Shown: positions 1-11,131 of the stretch, piece by piece
How the letters are laid out: every line of letters starts with the position of its first letter
How positions within the stretch are numbered: the stretch's first letter is position 1
Assembly: GCA_964188305.1 (NCBI GenBank)
Contig: OZ076895.1
DNA length: 64,000 nucleotides
Origin: Podarcis bocagei
Taxonomy: Eukaryota
Reading direction: 5' to 3' (one strand)
Notes under the pieces: generated by a model
Database searches by the model: none
Told to the model about the DNA's origin: nothing
What the model saw: only the letters and a program-made list of their open reading frames with translations
Translations under genes and position numbers: made by a program

Positions 1-976
1 AGAGGCATTTTTGCAAAAGTCATATGACCTTCCCCTTCCAACAGGGCAACTATGGGAAGGAGTAAAGTGGTGGTGAGCCCCATTGGCACGATCTTTTGCA
101 TATTTTCATCTTGAAGTGATATACTTCAGCTTTGTAAAGAGGGTTGTCCAGAGCTGGAGAGCAGTAAAAGGGGGAGGGAAATAAGGAAGCCCAATTTCAC
201 TTTCAGACAAAATCCTGTCCTAATGCTAGCCCAAATACTTCTGAGGCTGGCTGAGCCAAAAACCTCCATATCCCAATCCAGATCTTAGATGACTCAAACT
301 CTGGTTCTGGGTCAATTGATCCTACGAAGGACAGGCTGGAGTGTAAGCACCTTAGTTTTGATAAGTGTCTCCCCTACAATGACCTGGATGGTACATTGTT
401 GATGGAACAATGTGACTCAGATCATCATCTACTTGGCTGAGTTGGCATTATGATCCTCATTTGGAGAGAGAGCAAGGAGGACCATTATAACATGGACTCT
501 GACCCCATTAGAAGAGTGACTGAAGCAGACGGAAGTACTTTTTGCAAATATAAACTTGCAGTTCATTGATGTTAAATAGAGATTTTTTTTATATAAAAAA
601 AATTTACTTAGGTACACTGGCTGTTAAATGAGCCACAGTTCCAGGGAACATAAAGCATTATTAACCTTAGGAAAATGCTCATGAAGCTTGCAGGTTTGCA
701 TTTGCAAACATGTTATACAATTTGCACTAATTAGCTAACAGTTAGCAGCAAGATTGAATATTCTCATCTGGCCCAAACACAAGAGGGTGGTGATTTTTGC
801 TACAGTGATTTGTTTATTAAATCTCAGCTGGTTTATGTATATATCAGACAAAGTAAACCACTGTTAAATTAGTGGTGCAATGGAGAACATATTGAAATTC
901 TCATGTAATTTGCTAGCCCCCCCCCCCGCCTTTCTCTCTCACAGTCATATTTAACCAGCTAGTGGCCTGAAGAACA

Positions 977-1337
977 GGGACGCGGGTGGCTCTATGCTCT
1001 AAACCCCTGAGCCTAGGGCTTGCTGATCAGAAGGTTGGCGGTTCAAATCCCTGCGAGAGGGTGAGCTCCCATTGCTCAGTCCCAACTCCTGCCAACCTAG
1101 CAGTTCAAAAGCATGTCAAAGTGCAAGTAGATAAATATGTATCGCTTCAGTGGGAAGGTAAATGGTGTTTCCATGCACTGCTCTGGGTCACCAGAAGCGG
1201 CTTATTCATGCTGGCCACATGACCCGGAAGCTGTCTGCGAACAAACACAGGCTCCCTCGGCCTATAGAGCAAGATGAGCGAGCAACCCCAGAGTCATCCA
1301 CGACTGGACCTAATGGTCAGGGGTACCTTTACCTTTA
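977..1337 (+). mobile_element. Sauria SINE, full length
   Basis: Head gggacgcgggtggc...ggttcaaatccc (B box) and (accttt)n tail. 14-bp TSD ctagtggcctgaag at 959-972 and 1338-1351. Confidence 0.95.
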
Positions 1338-2430
1338 CTAGTGGCCTGAAGGCCAGATCTGACCCCTGAAGCAAATTAGCCTTATCCCTTGGAAGGCTTA
1401 CAAAATTTTAATTAAGGTGTGTTAAAAGTTTGCCCAAGTTTCCTAAAGAAACATTTCTTTTCAAGCTGTAAAACAATAGAGATTTCCCACACTTTCCTAT
1501 TACACTTCTGCTTAGATCCTTCACGTGTAATGTCCCACCTCTGCCTGAATGCTTGTGGTCCATATCACTGAAAGTCGTGTTTCTAGAGATGGAGTCATTC
1601 TTTGATGAAAGCCCAACCATTTGTGAAGTAAGGGACATTTAACTTATAGAATAAGTTGACTCCCTGGGAAAAAGAAGTTGGCTACCCCTGCTTAAAAATC
1701 AGCTTATGCATTTTATTTTAAATGTGATGAATGGTGCAAATTCTCCAGAAGGCAATCATTCAGATTGCTTAAACTGGAATATTATAGGAAGCTTATATGA
1801 TAAGTTCGACCAGACTCATCAGTGGCTGTCACTTGCAATTTTTCAGCTGCTTTAGATATGCTGCCCACATACAGAGCACCATGTGCCCATATACGAGGTG
1901 AATGGTTGAGATCATGCTGGAGAGTTTGAAATTCCTTGTCATTCCCCTCCTTTCTTTTTGATAGAAGGAGAAAGGCAAAGAAATCCCCGTTCCTAGGATC
2001 CTGACGAGATGAAGCTGTTCCTCTTCCAGCTCCTGCTTTCTTCTGCAGGGTTTGGTAGGAAAGCAGAGATGTTTGCATCTGACTCTGCTTTGGAACTTTC
2101 TGCTTTTGGTACTGTAAACAAACAGTGGTGCAACTGAGTGCAATTCTCTGGCAATGGATGGAACATGTTGGAGCCTACACAGTGTGTGGTATTCAACTGA
2201 GTTTTAAGCAGAGTGGACCTCTTGACAGTAATGGTTGTAACTGAATTATGCTCATTAATTTCAATGTCTCTATTCTGAGCAAAACTTAGTTAAACCCACC
2301 CACTGATTCTTTCTTTAGGGTGGCCATCTCTGCTTTGCACACACGAAAAAAGAGGACAAAGGTTTGCATAAAATTGCATATGGTAATTTAAATGTTTGGG
2401 AATTGTTAGCAAGGTTGCAGGTTCAGTCCT

Positions 2431-2781
2431 AAAGGTAAAGGGACCCCTGACCATTAGGTCCAGTCGTGGCCGACTCTGGGGTTGCGGCGCTCATCTCGCT
2501 CTATAGGTCGAGGGAGCCGGTGTACAGCTTCCGGGTTATGTGGCCAGCATGACTAAGCCGTTTCTGGAGAACCAGAGCAGCGCACGGAAACGCCATTTAC
2601 CTTCCCGCCGGAGTGGTACCTATTTATCTACTTGCACTTTGAGGTGCTTTCGAACTGCTAGGTTGGCAGGAGCAGGGACCAAACAATGGGAGCTCACCCC
2701 GTGGTGGGGATTCGAACCACCGACCTTCTGATCGGCAAGTCCTAGGCTCTGTGGTTTAACCCACAGCGCCACCCGTGTCCC
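2431..2781 (-). mobile_element. Sauria SINE, full length
   Basis: Reverse complement of the same consensus (aaaggtaaagggacccctgacc...cacccgtgtccc). Long flanking direct repeat at 2393-2425 and 2795-2827. Confidence 0.95.
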
Positions 2782-2811
2782 AGTTTAAATGTATTGTTTG
2801 GGAATTGTTAG

Positions 2812-2906
2812 CAAGGTTGCAGGTTCAATCATAGAAGACAGCTGCATATTCCTGCACTGTAGAGGGTTGGACTAGATGATCCTCAGGATCCCTTCCAATT
2901 CTATGA
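2812..2906 (+). mobile_element. 5'-truncated tRNA-derived SINE with CR1-type tail
   Basis: caaggttgcaggttcaatc...gacagctgcatattcctgcac...gttggactagatgatcctcagg...ccttccaattctatga; aligns with the fuller copy at 60397-60543. Confidence 0.75.
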
Positions 2907-3808
2907 TAACAACTCTCAGCACCCTTAACAAAAAACAGCTTCCAGAATTATTTGGGGAAAGCCGTGGCTGCTTAAAGTGGCATCATAGTGCTTTAAATGT
3001 ATGGTGTGAATGTGGCTTTAGAAGAGGGATTAAAATAAAGGGCTTTCCTACTCATGACCACATCAATCCTTTTTAAAACAAGCTTCTTAAGGATTGCCAC
3101 TTTTTTCTTTTCTTTGCTGGCTCATGTATCTTCCTAGAATGCAGCTTGAGCTCTAAACATTAGCAAGTGATAATGGTTATCTCCATAGAGGTATAAAGCT
3201 CCACCTGCTGATTTTTGCAGATAAAGTGCTGTTAAAGGCAGATGATTAGCTCTTTCTGTGAGTGAGTGCTTGCCTGCCTGATGTCATCATGAATTTTGCT
3301 TAGGAAAGAACTCTCTGCAATTTAAAGCATCTGCTTAGTAAGTGTAATAATAGCTCCTGCAGGTACTCTAGGTAAAATTGTGCTGCAAAGTGTTATCGAT
3401 CTTCATGGATCAAGGGATAAACTATTATGCTTCCATCCCCACTAAAGCTTTGAGCAATATCCCAATTTCAGCCTTGGTCTTCTGCTAGAAAAAGCAAACT
3501 GAACCTTGAAGATTAGGAGGACACAACAGATGGGGGAGGGAATTGGGTGTTTACACTCTGAGCTGAAGGTTACATGCTGGCACAATAAGAAACCCTTTTA
3601 GTTCCAAGAAAAATTGCATTATATATTTACTTATTCCTGAAAACCTAAGCAGAGGAAGTTATCTAGCGAATAAAGTATGCCAATACAATTGCATTACCCT
3701 GTTATGCTTACCTCGCCTTGTAAATAAACAAGAACCACTATAACGAATAAACTAATTGAAACAAAACTAAATTCCACCAATGGGCCCTTTGGTTTCAAGT
3801 GTCATAAG

Positions 3809-3986
3809 CAGTGCTTTTTTTTCATTAAAAATGTTTAGGGGTACTCTCATTTTGAATCAAGAAAAACATCATTTTATAGTTCAAATCGGGAAAAATAAAT
3901 ACAGTAAATGGACAAAAGTACAAAGATTCACAAAATGTTTAGGGGTATGCGTACCCCTGCATTCCCCCCAGGAAAAAAAAGCACAG
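3809..3986. mobile_element. hAT-type MITE
   Basis: TIR cagtgcttttttttc...gaaaaaaaagcacag. Perfect 8-bp TSD gtcataag at 3801-3808 and 3987-3994. Confidence 0.88.
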
Positions 3987-4034
3987 GTCATAAGAATGTC
4001 CTATTATTTATTTATTTTATTTATAAAATTGATT

Positions 4035-4150
4035 ACATTTGTATATCACATTTACCTTCCAAGGATCTCAAGGGGGGTATACATGTTTCTCCCCCTCCCC
4101 ATTTCATCATCACAACAACCTTGTGACATTGGGTCAGGCTAAGAGATGGT
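4035..4150 (-). mobile_element. Old CORE/MIR-like SINE fragment
   Basis: ccccatttcatcatcacaacaaccttgtga...ggtcaggctaagaga motif. Related fragments at about 11850-12041, 25720-25905, 46355-46530 and 52757-52965. Confidence 0.55.
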
Positions 4151-4966
4151 CTGCAGGTATGTGGAGCAAAGAAACAGCAATTTACATGGAAAATCATAAC
4201 ACCCCCCAAAAAACATATTAAATAGAAATTTAAAATTCTAAATTATGCAAGTTGACTACATCTGCATATATTTACTGGAGACTTCATTCAGCTTGCAGCA
4301 CTTATGGAGAAGGGATTGAAGGCAAGAAATGAGAAGAGTGAAACTCATGGGTGGTGCAAGGACCAAGAGGAGGTTGGCAGTTGTTGTCATCACAAAATAT
4401 GAGGCACATCGGGCTTATTTTGAGCTGAGTTGTGCTTCAGAAACCTGTTTTTAATGACAGGCTTTAGTTCTGGAACACAGGGCATATGCAGAGCTCATCC
4501 CTACTGAACAACTCTTCCCAGATCCCACATACAGTAGTGTAGTGGCAAATTCGGAAGTGCCGGGTCCCAAGGGTCACACACAACGAGGGGCAAACAGCTG
4601 GTTGCGCAGCCTTGGGTGTAGATAGCTTGTGAGTAAGTCTCCAGCTTGACGCTTCAAGCAGAGCATATAAAAGCAAGAATTGCAACCTTTCCCCAGAACA
4701 GCCCATCTCCACCTTTCTGCATGAGTCATTGAGAGATGCCTCCTAAGAATCTGGCAGGTAATTCTGCTGTACCAGGAGCAATGGGATGGAGTGGACCACA
4801 GGAGGCAGAGTGAAAGAAGACAGGGGCAGAACGGTGAATCATGATGTAGAGAAGCAGCTGGTAGCTACTCCAGTTGGTACAAACTTCCCCAGCCTGTGCC
4901 CTCCAGATGTTCTGGACTACAGCTCCCATCAGCCTCAGCCAGCATGGCACGGGTAACAGCTATTTA

Positions 4967-5553
4967 CCGTATTTTTTGCTCCATAACACTCACTTTTTTC
5001 CTCCTAGAAAGTAAGGGGAAATGTCTGTGCGTGTTATGGAGCGAATGCCTACGGATGGCGGGGGGATCTGCTGCGGTCGTGAGCAGAGGATCCATGGTTC
5101 CCCTTCCTTCCCTCCTCCGTGGCTCGCTTTGAAACAGCAAAGCGGGAGAAGAGCCGCTGAGTGGGGAGGAGAGAGGGACAGAGAGCCTGGTTACAAAGCA
5201 CGGATCCACATGGATCCTCAGGATTTTTGCACTGGATCACCCCAAATTCACCATCAGATCACATAGCATGTCCATGGCTACAGCTTGCACCCAAAAAATC
5301 ACGCACCCACTGTTGCCTGGGGCCGCAGTGGTGCAAAAACGTGGTTACAAAGCACGGATCCACATGGATCCTCAGGATTTTTGCACTGGGCTGCCCCAAA
5401 CTCACCGTCAGATCACATATCTGTGGCCACAACATGAACTGCAAAAATCATACATCCACTGTTTTGTTTAGAATGTTTTTTTTTCTTGTTTTCCTCCTCT
5501 AAAAACTATGTGCGTGTTATGGTCGGGTGCGTGTTATAGAGCGAAAAATACGG
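4967..5553. mobile_element. Tc1/mariner (Tc2/pogo-like) non-autonomous element
   Basis: TIR ccgtattttt(t)gctccataacac...gtgttatagagcgaaaaatacgg with TA on both sides. Internal 48-bp direct repeat at 5188-5235 and 5342-5389. Confidence 0.88.
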
Positions 5554-5634
5554 TAGGTTGCAGTCAAGCAAGGCAGTGGAAGTTGCAGAGCTCACATTTT
5601 TCATGGGAACCATTTTTGAGGAGGCTTGGATGGG

Positions 5635-5766
5635 GTAGCCAATGCTATGCCTTTTAGGTGTTTCTGGACTTCAGCTCCCATCAGCCCCAGGGAGCATGGG
5701 CAATGATCAGGGATGATGGGAACTGCACTCCAGTAATAACTGGAGGGTGCCATGTTGGCTACCCTG
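5635..5766. mobile_element. Short quasi-palindromic MITE (ggactacaactcccatc...gatgggagttgtagtcc family)
   Basis: Hairpin-like element. Related copies near 4885-4950, 8830-8935, 14085-14180, 24570-24690, 47385-47515 and 53205-53325. Confidence 0.6.
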
Positions 5767-7329
5767 GTCTTGGAGGACTCCCTATCCCAGCTGGTCTCTA
5801 CTCTCATGCCTCTTTTATCTCTATGAGTGTTTTTTCACCTGGCTAGAATATCTTTTCTTGGCTGGAAGATAGAGAGGGCTTTGTGTGCAGTAAGTTGCCT
5901 ACTGCAGTATGGTAGAATTCACATTTGTTGCTCTGTCCACATTGGCCTCTGTTTTCACCCATTACTGACATGTGGCCCCTAGAAAGTTGCCCAAAGGGGG
6001 ATGTGCCCCTCAGGCTGAAAAATATACTAGAATGTTGGTGTCAGTACACAAGGTCCCATAGCTCAGCAAACAAAGTTCAATTTAAATTGCAGATACCGTT
6101 TGCTTTCTCCTGGCTGGAGGTGGGGCAGTTATTTGTTGAAAAACTTGGCCTATCTCCTGGCAAACCACCGGACACCAAAATCCCTACTGATAAGGATTCA
6201 TTAGGAGTGAGGGGGGAAAGCGCGTCTCAACTTTTGAACTCAGTTTTAATTTGGAATTTGGAAATGGTTTGGACAACATGGGATGTGCCTGTTTCAATCC
6301 AGAGCTTTTGCTAGAAATTGTTCTTAGAGCTGATAGTTTCCTGCGAGCTGATGAAACCTACAGCTGACTCATATACTCCAAACTAAGATATAATCTGGTG
6401 TCGGAAGCATGGAAAATCATTCACTATTTTCCTGTGCAATTAGTCACTTCGATTTAAGCTGACCAAGCTTTATCTGAACCACCCAGAGTCTCTGTCTGCA
6501 TGTTAGAATGGCTGTGTGTGTCCTGTTTCTCCATAGGACAGGCCTCTCTTTAAAGGGCTGTCTGGTTCAGAACTGGTTCAGAGATAAACAGCTATATTGA
6601 GGGAGTGCAGAGACCTTGGGGTTGCCCATCAATGCAGTTAGCACCTGGAGAGTAGACTGAACAGGCAGGGACACAGGTCACTTGGTTTTCCTTGCTGTTT
6701 TGACATGTATTGCGTTTCTCTGTAAGTTATAGTAATTATTTCTAATTCTGCATCAATACATATAAATTAGCATGTGGAAATCTTAGGCAAATCTGTGAAC
6801 TTTTTGTCCTGTTTTGGTAATGCGTTTCCTGTGTGATGTGTGCCTTTCATGGAGATGGTGATGTAAGATGGGCAGTCCAAAGGCCCTAGGCTACAAGAAA
6901 ATGGTGACCGACCCCTTATATTGTCTCCTCCTCTTCTTATTTCCCCTCTGTCTGCTTCTTCTGTACAATGAAGTGGTTGTTTCTAGCATCTGATGCCAGT
7001 CAGGATGAGGATGACTGAGAGCCCATCAAGGGGGGGGGGCAGATTTGTCTTGCTTTGCTTTCCAGGACCAGCCCTATCATTTGGAAGGGTGATAGAGCTG
7101 CTTCAGGTGGGGGGTTCAGTGTGGGTGGAAAGTGGCAGCTAGATGTTGGCACACAAAGCTGTGCGTGCCATGCAGCACGCCCCCCTACCCCTCAGCTAAC
7201 CTGTTGCCCTCTGGTGTAGCAGGAAATGCTGCCCCATTGACAATGCTGTAGTAAATTTGACTTGCCAGTTCAGTCAGCTTCTGTGCATGGAATGCAAGGG
7301 GCTCCCATTGTATCTTTTGTCATCTAAGT

Positions 7330-7585
7330 CAGTGTTTCCCAAATGTTTTTGGGCAACGGCACACCTGCTTACCGGAAAAAAATCTCGCGGCACACCACCA
7401 TTAAAGCCCCGCCCCGTGACGTCAGCGCGCAGCGTCACGCTGGGAGGGACGCACAGAAATGAAAGTTTTTTCCCTCCCCCTTGCCGGGGTGGGAGGAGGC
7501 AGCAGAGCGAGGGCAGCTGAGGCGGCGGCGGCAGCTGAGGCGGCGGCGGCTGCGATAGCGGGCGGAGGAGGAGCCGTCGCCGGGA

Positions 7586-7617
<32 letters not shown>

Positions 7618-7843
7618 CCGGACATGCCGGCCTCCTCCTCCTCCGCTGTCTCGCGCGCCTCCCTTTTGCGCGCGCTGCCCCGCCGCTCGGCACCACCACC
7701 GCGGAGCCGCCCCGGCTCGACGCGGATCCTCGCCGCCGCCGCCGCCTCTCGCCGCCGCCTCTCGCCCGCCTCCCTCCCACGGCACACCAGCCGGTGTCTC
7801 ACGGCACAGTAGTGTGCCGCGGAACACCGGTTGGGAAACACTG
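7330..7843. mobile_element. hAT (Charlie-like) non-autonomous element with GC/CpG-rich cargo
   Basis: Perfect 13-bp TIR cagtgtttcccaa...ttgggaaacactg. Perfect 8-bp TSD atctaagt at 7322-7329 and 7844-7851. Subterminal gcggcacac/acggcacac motifs. Confidence 0.93.
7588..7617. repeat. (CTG/CAG)~10 trinucleotide repeat inside the hAT element
   Basis: tgctgctgctgctgctgttgctgctgctgc. Confidence 0.9.
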
Positions 7844-8339
7844 ATCTAAGTAACCGAAGCCCAGGTCATAAATTCAAACCTAAGTTCTTACAAGATGAAC
7901 TCAGTGCTGGTTATCTGGGGTTTTCGACTGTTTGGATTTGACCTGCTCTTGCTATCTTCTCCTTATTTATTTAATATTTTTTTTCTGTTTACCTCTGATA
8001 TATTTTAAATCTGATGCCGCTTAGCTGCTGAATTCATTTCAACTCAAAGTGGGGACACATTAATGAGCAGTGTAGGACAAATCTCTGGTTAATGCCACTT
8101 TAGAGTGGAATTTTTTTTGTCTCTTTAGAATAGCTACCAACAATCCACGGGCAGATTACCCTGCACAAAGCTGATTCATTTCAATGGAGCTAATGCAGGA
8201 GTTGTCATAGTCCAGGTCAGACTCTTTGTCTATCTAATCTGTTTTTTAAAAAACAACAAAACACAACTCAAACAATTTAGTATCATCAGCAAACTTGCCT
8301 GTTCACTCCTAGCTCTACATAGTTTACAAACAAGTTAAA

Positions 8340-8790
8340 AAGCACAGGTCCTGATACAGATCCCCAAATGACCCTGTACTCCGCTTTCTACATCTCCCCA
8401 TTTGGAGAACTGTCCATTTGTCCTTACTGCCTGCTTCCTGCTACTTAACCAAGTCCTAATCCGTCAGAGGACCTCTCCTCTTATTCCATGACTGCTAAGC
8501 TTACTCAGGAGTCTTTGCCGAGGTGCCTTGTCAATAGCTTTTGAAACTCCCAAGTATACTATGTCAATCGGATCACTTCTCTCTATTGTTGTTTATACTC
8601 TCAAAGAACTCAGACATGCTGTCTCTGCTTCAGCAAGGCTTGTACTTCTTAGGATGCTTCATATTTAAGAATATTTTTCACCAGTTTTCCCAGGAGAGAT
8701 GTGAAGCTAGCTGGCTTGCAATTTCCACCATCCACCCTGGATTCCTTTTTATAAATTGGTGACTACTTTCCAGTCTTCAGGGAATCCCCA
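8340..8790 (-). mobile_element. CR1 LINE ORF2 (reverse transcriptase) fragment, degenerate
   Basis: The minus strand reads DPIDIVYL..SKAIDKAPRQRLLSKLSSHGIRGEVL*RIRTWLSSRKQ.V..NGQFSKW, a CR1 RT motif with an internal stop. Confidence 0.8.
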
Positions 8791-8939
8791 GGCATAGAAT
8801 ATCCCCCCCCCCTCAACTTTTGTGCACTCCAGTTATTTTGAACTACAACTCCCATCATCCCTCACCATTGGCCATTTTGACTGGGGCTGATGGGAGTTGT
8901 AGTCTAAAATATCTGGAGGGCACCAGGCTGGGAACACAT

Positions 8940-9525
8940 TATATGTAGGGCTGCCTCTGAAGAAAGTTCAGAAACTTCAGCTGGTGCAAAATTCGGTGAC
9001 CGGGTTACTCACTGGGGAAGAAGGTTTGAGCATATTACATCAATCCGGGTCTGACTCCACTGGCTGCCAATTAGTTTCTGGGCCCAGTTCAAAGTGCTGG
9101 TTTTGACCTATAAAGCCTTAAATGGCTCAGGACCACAATACCTCAAGGACTGCCTCTTCCCATATAAACTGACCCAGATTTCATTCACCATCTGAGGCCC
9201 TTCTTCGTGTGCCTCCCCTGTGAGAGGTCTGGACGGTGGGAACACGAGAACGGGCCTTTTCTACAGTGGCTCCCCGTTTGTGTGGAATGCTCTCCACAGG
9301 GAGGCTTGCCTGGCGCCTTCATTATACACCTTTAGGTGCCAGATGAAGACATTTCTCTTCAAACAGGCCCTTGGCTGATTGACATCCAATGCCCTTTTAA
9401 ATGTGTTGTGGGAGGGGGGAAATTGTTGGTTTTGGGTTTTTCCTTATTTTTCTTATGTATTTTGCATTTTTTATACTGTAATTTTATGTTGTGAACCACC
9501 TACAGATGAAGGGTGATATACAAAT
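8940..9525 (+). mobile_element. L2 LINE 3' fragment
   Basis: Encodes YVGLPLKKVQKLQLVQN and HWLPISFWAQFKVLVLTYKALNG.GPQYLKD (L2 ORF2 C-terminus), followed by the 3'UTR. The tail is interrupted by the MITE at 9528 and resumes as (GATA)n. Confidence 0.85.
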
Positions 9526-9527
9526 TA

Positions 9528-10107
9528 TCGTATTTTTCGCCTTATAGGACACACTTTTTCCCCTCCAAAAATGAAGGGGAAATGTGTGTGCATCCTATGG
9601 GGCGAATGCAGGCTTTCGCTGAAGCCTGGAGAGCGAGAGGGGTCCGTGCGCACCGACCCCTCTCACTCTCCAGGCTTCAGGAAGCTCTGCGCAGCCCTCC
9701 GGAGCCCGGCGCAAAGTCACGCTGGGCTCCCAACGGCTGCGCAGAGCTGCCTGCAGCCCCGGGCTTCGCGCAGCTCCATGCAGCCCTCCGGAGCCCGGCG
9801 CGAAGTCGCGCCGGGCTCCCGAGTGTTGCGCAGAGCTGCCTGCATTCCAAAGCCTGGGACACGCTGAAGAGCGCACCCAGGCTTCGCGCACCTCTCTGCA
9901 AGCTTGGGGAGACCGGTGCGACTTCGCGCCGGGCTCCCTAGGCTTGCGGATAGCAGGCTGTTCTGGGGGCTGGGGTCGGGGGAAGCTCGGGCTTCCCCCG
10001 TGCCAGCCCCGCGCCTGGGGGCAAAAAAATGTTTCCCCTTTATTCCCCCCCCCCAAATCCTAGGTGCATCCTATGGGGCGGTGCGCCCTATGGGGCGAAA
10101 AATATGG
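9528..10107. mobile_element. Tc1/mariner (Tc2/pogo-like) non-autonomous element with GC-rich repetitive core
   Basis: TIR tcgtatttttcgcc...ggcgaaaaatatgg with TA TSD. Termini resemble those of 4967-5553. Internal gcagccctccggagcccggcgc repeats. Confidence 0.88.
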
Positions 10108-10112
10108 TAAAT

Positions 10113-10113
<1 letters not shown>

Positions 10114-10153
<40 letters not shown>
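10114..10153. repeat. (GATA)n microsatellite
   Basis: About 10 consecutive gata units. Confidence 0.95.
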
Positions 10154-11106
10154 CTACCAAAACATTCAAGTTCACATTAAGCCTTAAATTTAAGGTTTAA
10201 TATATATATTTTTAAGTGCCCAATGTTTAGCAGCACCATTCTACCCACGTCTACTCAGAAGTAAGCCCTACTGAAGTCAGTGGAGCTTACTGTCAAGTGA
10301 ACAGGGTTAGGACTGCAGCAGAAGCTATCTGTGGGCTGCTTCCCTGCAGGCTTCATTGAATGACATTTCAGCATCAATAAAACAGCCTTTCATAACAGGG
10401 GAGGAAGAAGGAGGTCATCCTTAATTGATTCCTGCCTTCTGTGCATTTAGTGGCTGAGTGAGTCATGAACAGTGAGCTGCTGATATGATGGGGAATAAAG
10501 TGTGGTGTTTGTTGTTGCCTTCCATTCTGCTTTTTTTGGATTTTTCGTATATTTTTTATATGCCTGCCATTCGAAGGGTGTATTAATAACAGATGTTTTC
10601 TAACTAATTGGCAATAAAAAATGTTACAATATTTAAAATGGTTCCAAGTTCAATCCTGGAGGGGATCGATGTCACTATGATAATCAACCTGATCTTTAAA
10701 TGCAGTGGCTAAGAAAGATACGTCTTAGTGGAATAAGCTTGGAGATTCACATTTGGGTTAGGGCCTGCTATTGCTGGCACCAGTTTAACAGCCCTGCTGT
10801 CACCCAGCTCTTTAGCACGCCTGACACCAATATCTTAGAAATGATGGAAGTGGAAATATAAGGGGTGCATTTCTGTTCATTAGTGGTCTCTTCATGATTT
10901 ATGTGGATTTCCCCCCCATTTGGTTGTGTACTTTTTGATGTTTTGTTTATGGTTTATGACTAGTCTTGTTACGTAATTTTTTATGTGTTGTAAGCCGCTT
11001 TGCACGTAGTTTGACCTTTGGAAAAGTGGCATACAAATAAATGACGGATTGAACAAGTGACACCAAATTTCTACACCCAACCTTCATTTTGCTCTTTCCA
11101 TTCTAG

Positions 11107-11131
11107 ATACTGCAGGAACAGCAATAGATGT
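11107..11131 (+). CDS. C12orf75: OCC-1 (overexpressed in colon carcinoma 1) microprotein, internal coding exon (equivalent to exon 2), 25 nt
   Basis: Acceptor ctctttccattctag| and donor |gtaagt. Reads (x)AT ACT GCA GGA ACA GCA ATA GAT GT = xTAGTAIDV, matching the recalled human GPAGAAKDV segment. Phase-compatible with the next exon. Confidence 0.85.

Noticed and set aside
986-1222. Recurrent ORFs such as LGLADQKVGGSNP and GTYLSTCTL (also at 2540, 36829, 41754, 55981)
   Set aside because: Translations of non-coding Sauria SINE copies.
5188-5389. CRISPR-like direct repeats
   Set aside because: Only two 48-bp copies, inside a MITE, in a vertebrate genome, with no cas genes.
6278-6330. ATG GGA TGT (MGC...) as OCC-1 exon 1
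   Set aside because: It continues ACFNPELL, unlike MGCGNS, and there is no suitable phase-1 donor.
7274-7844. Long GC-rich ORFs (polyQ/polyA) and CpG island as a host gene or OCC-1 exon 1
   Set aside because: They lie almost entirely within TIR/TSD-bounded hAT DNA, are open in many frames because of GC content, and lack the MGCGNS start of OCC-1.
9513-10110. Overlapping 68-153 aa ORFs
   Set aside because: They arise from the GC-rich repetitive core of a MITE; no recognisable domain.
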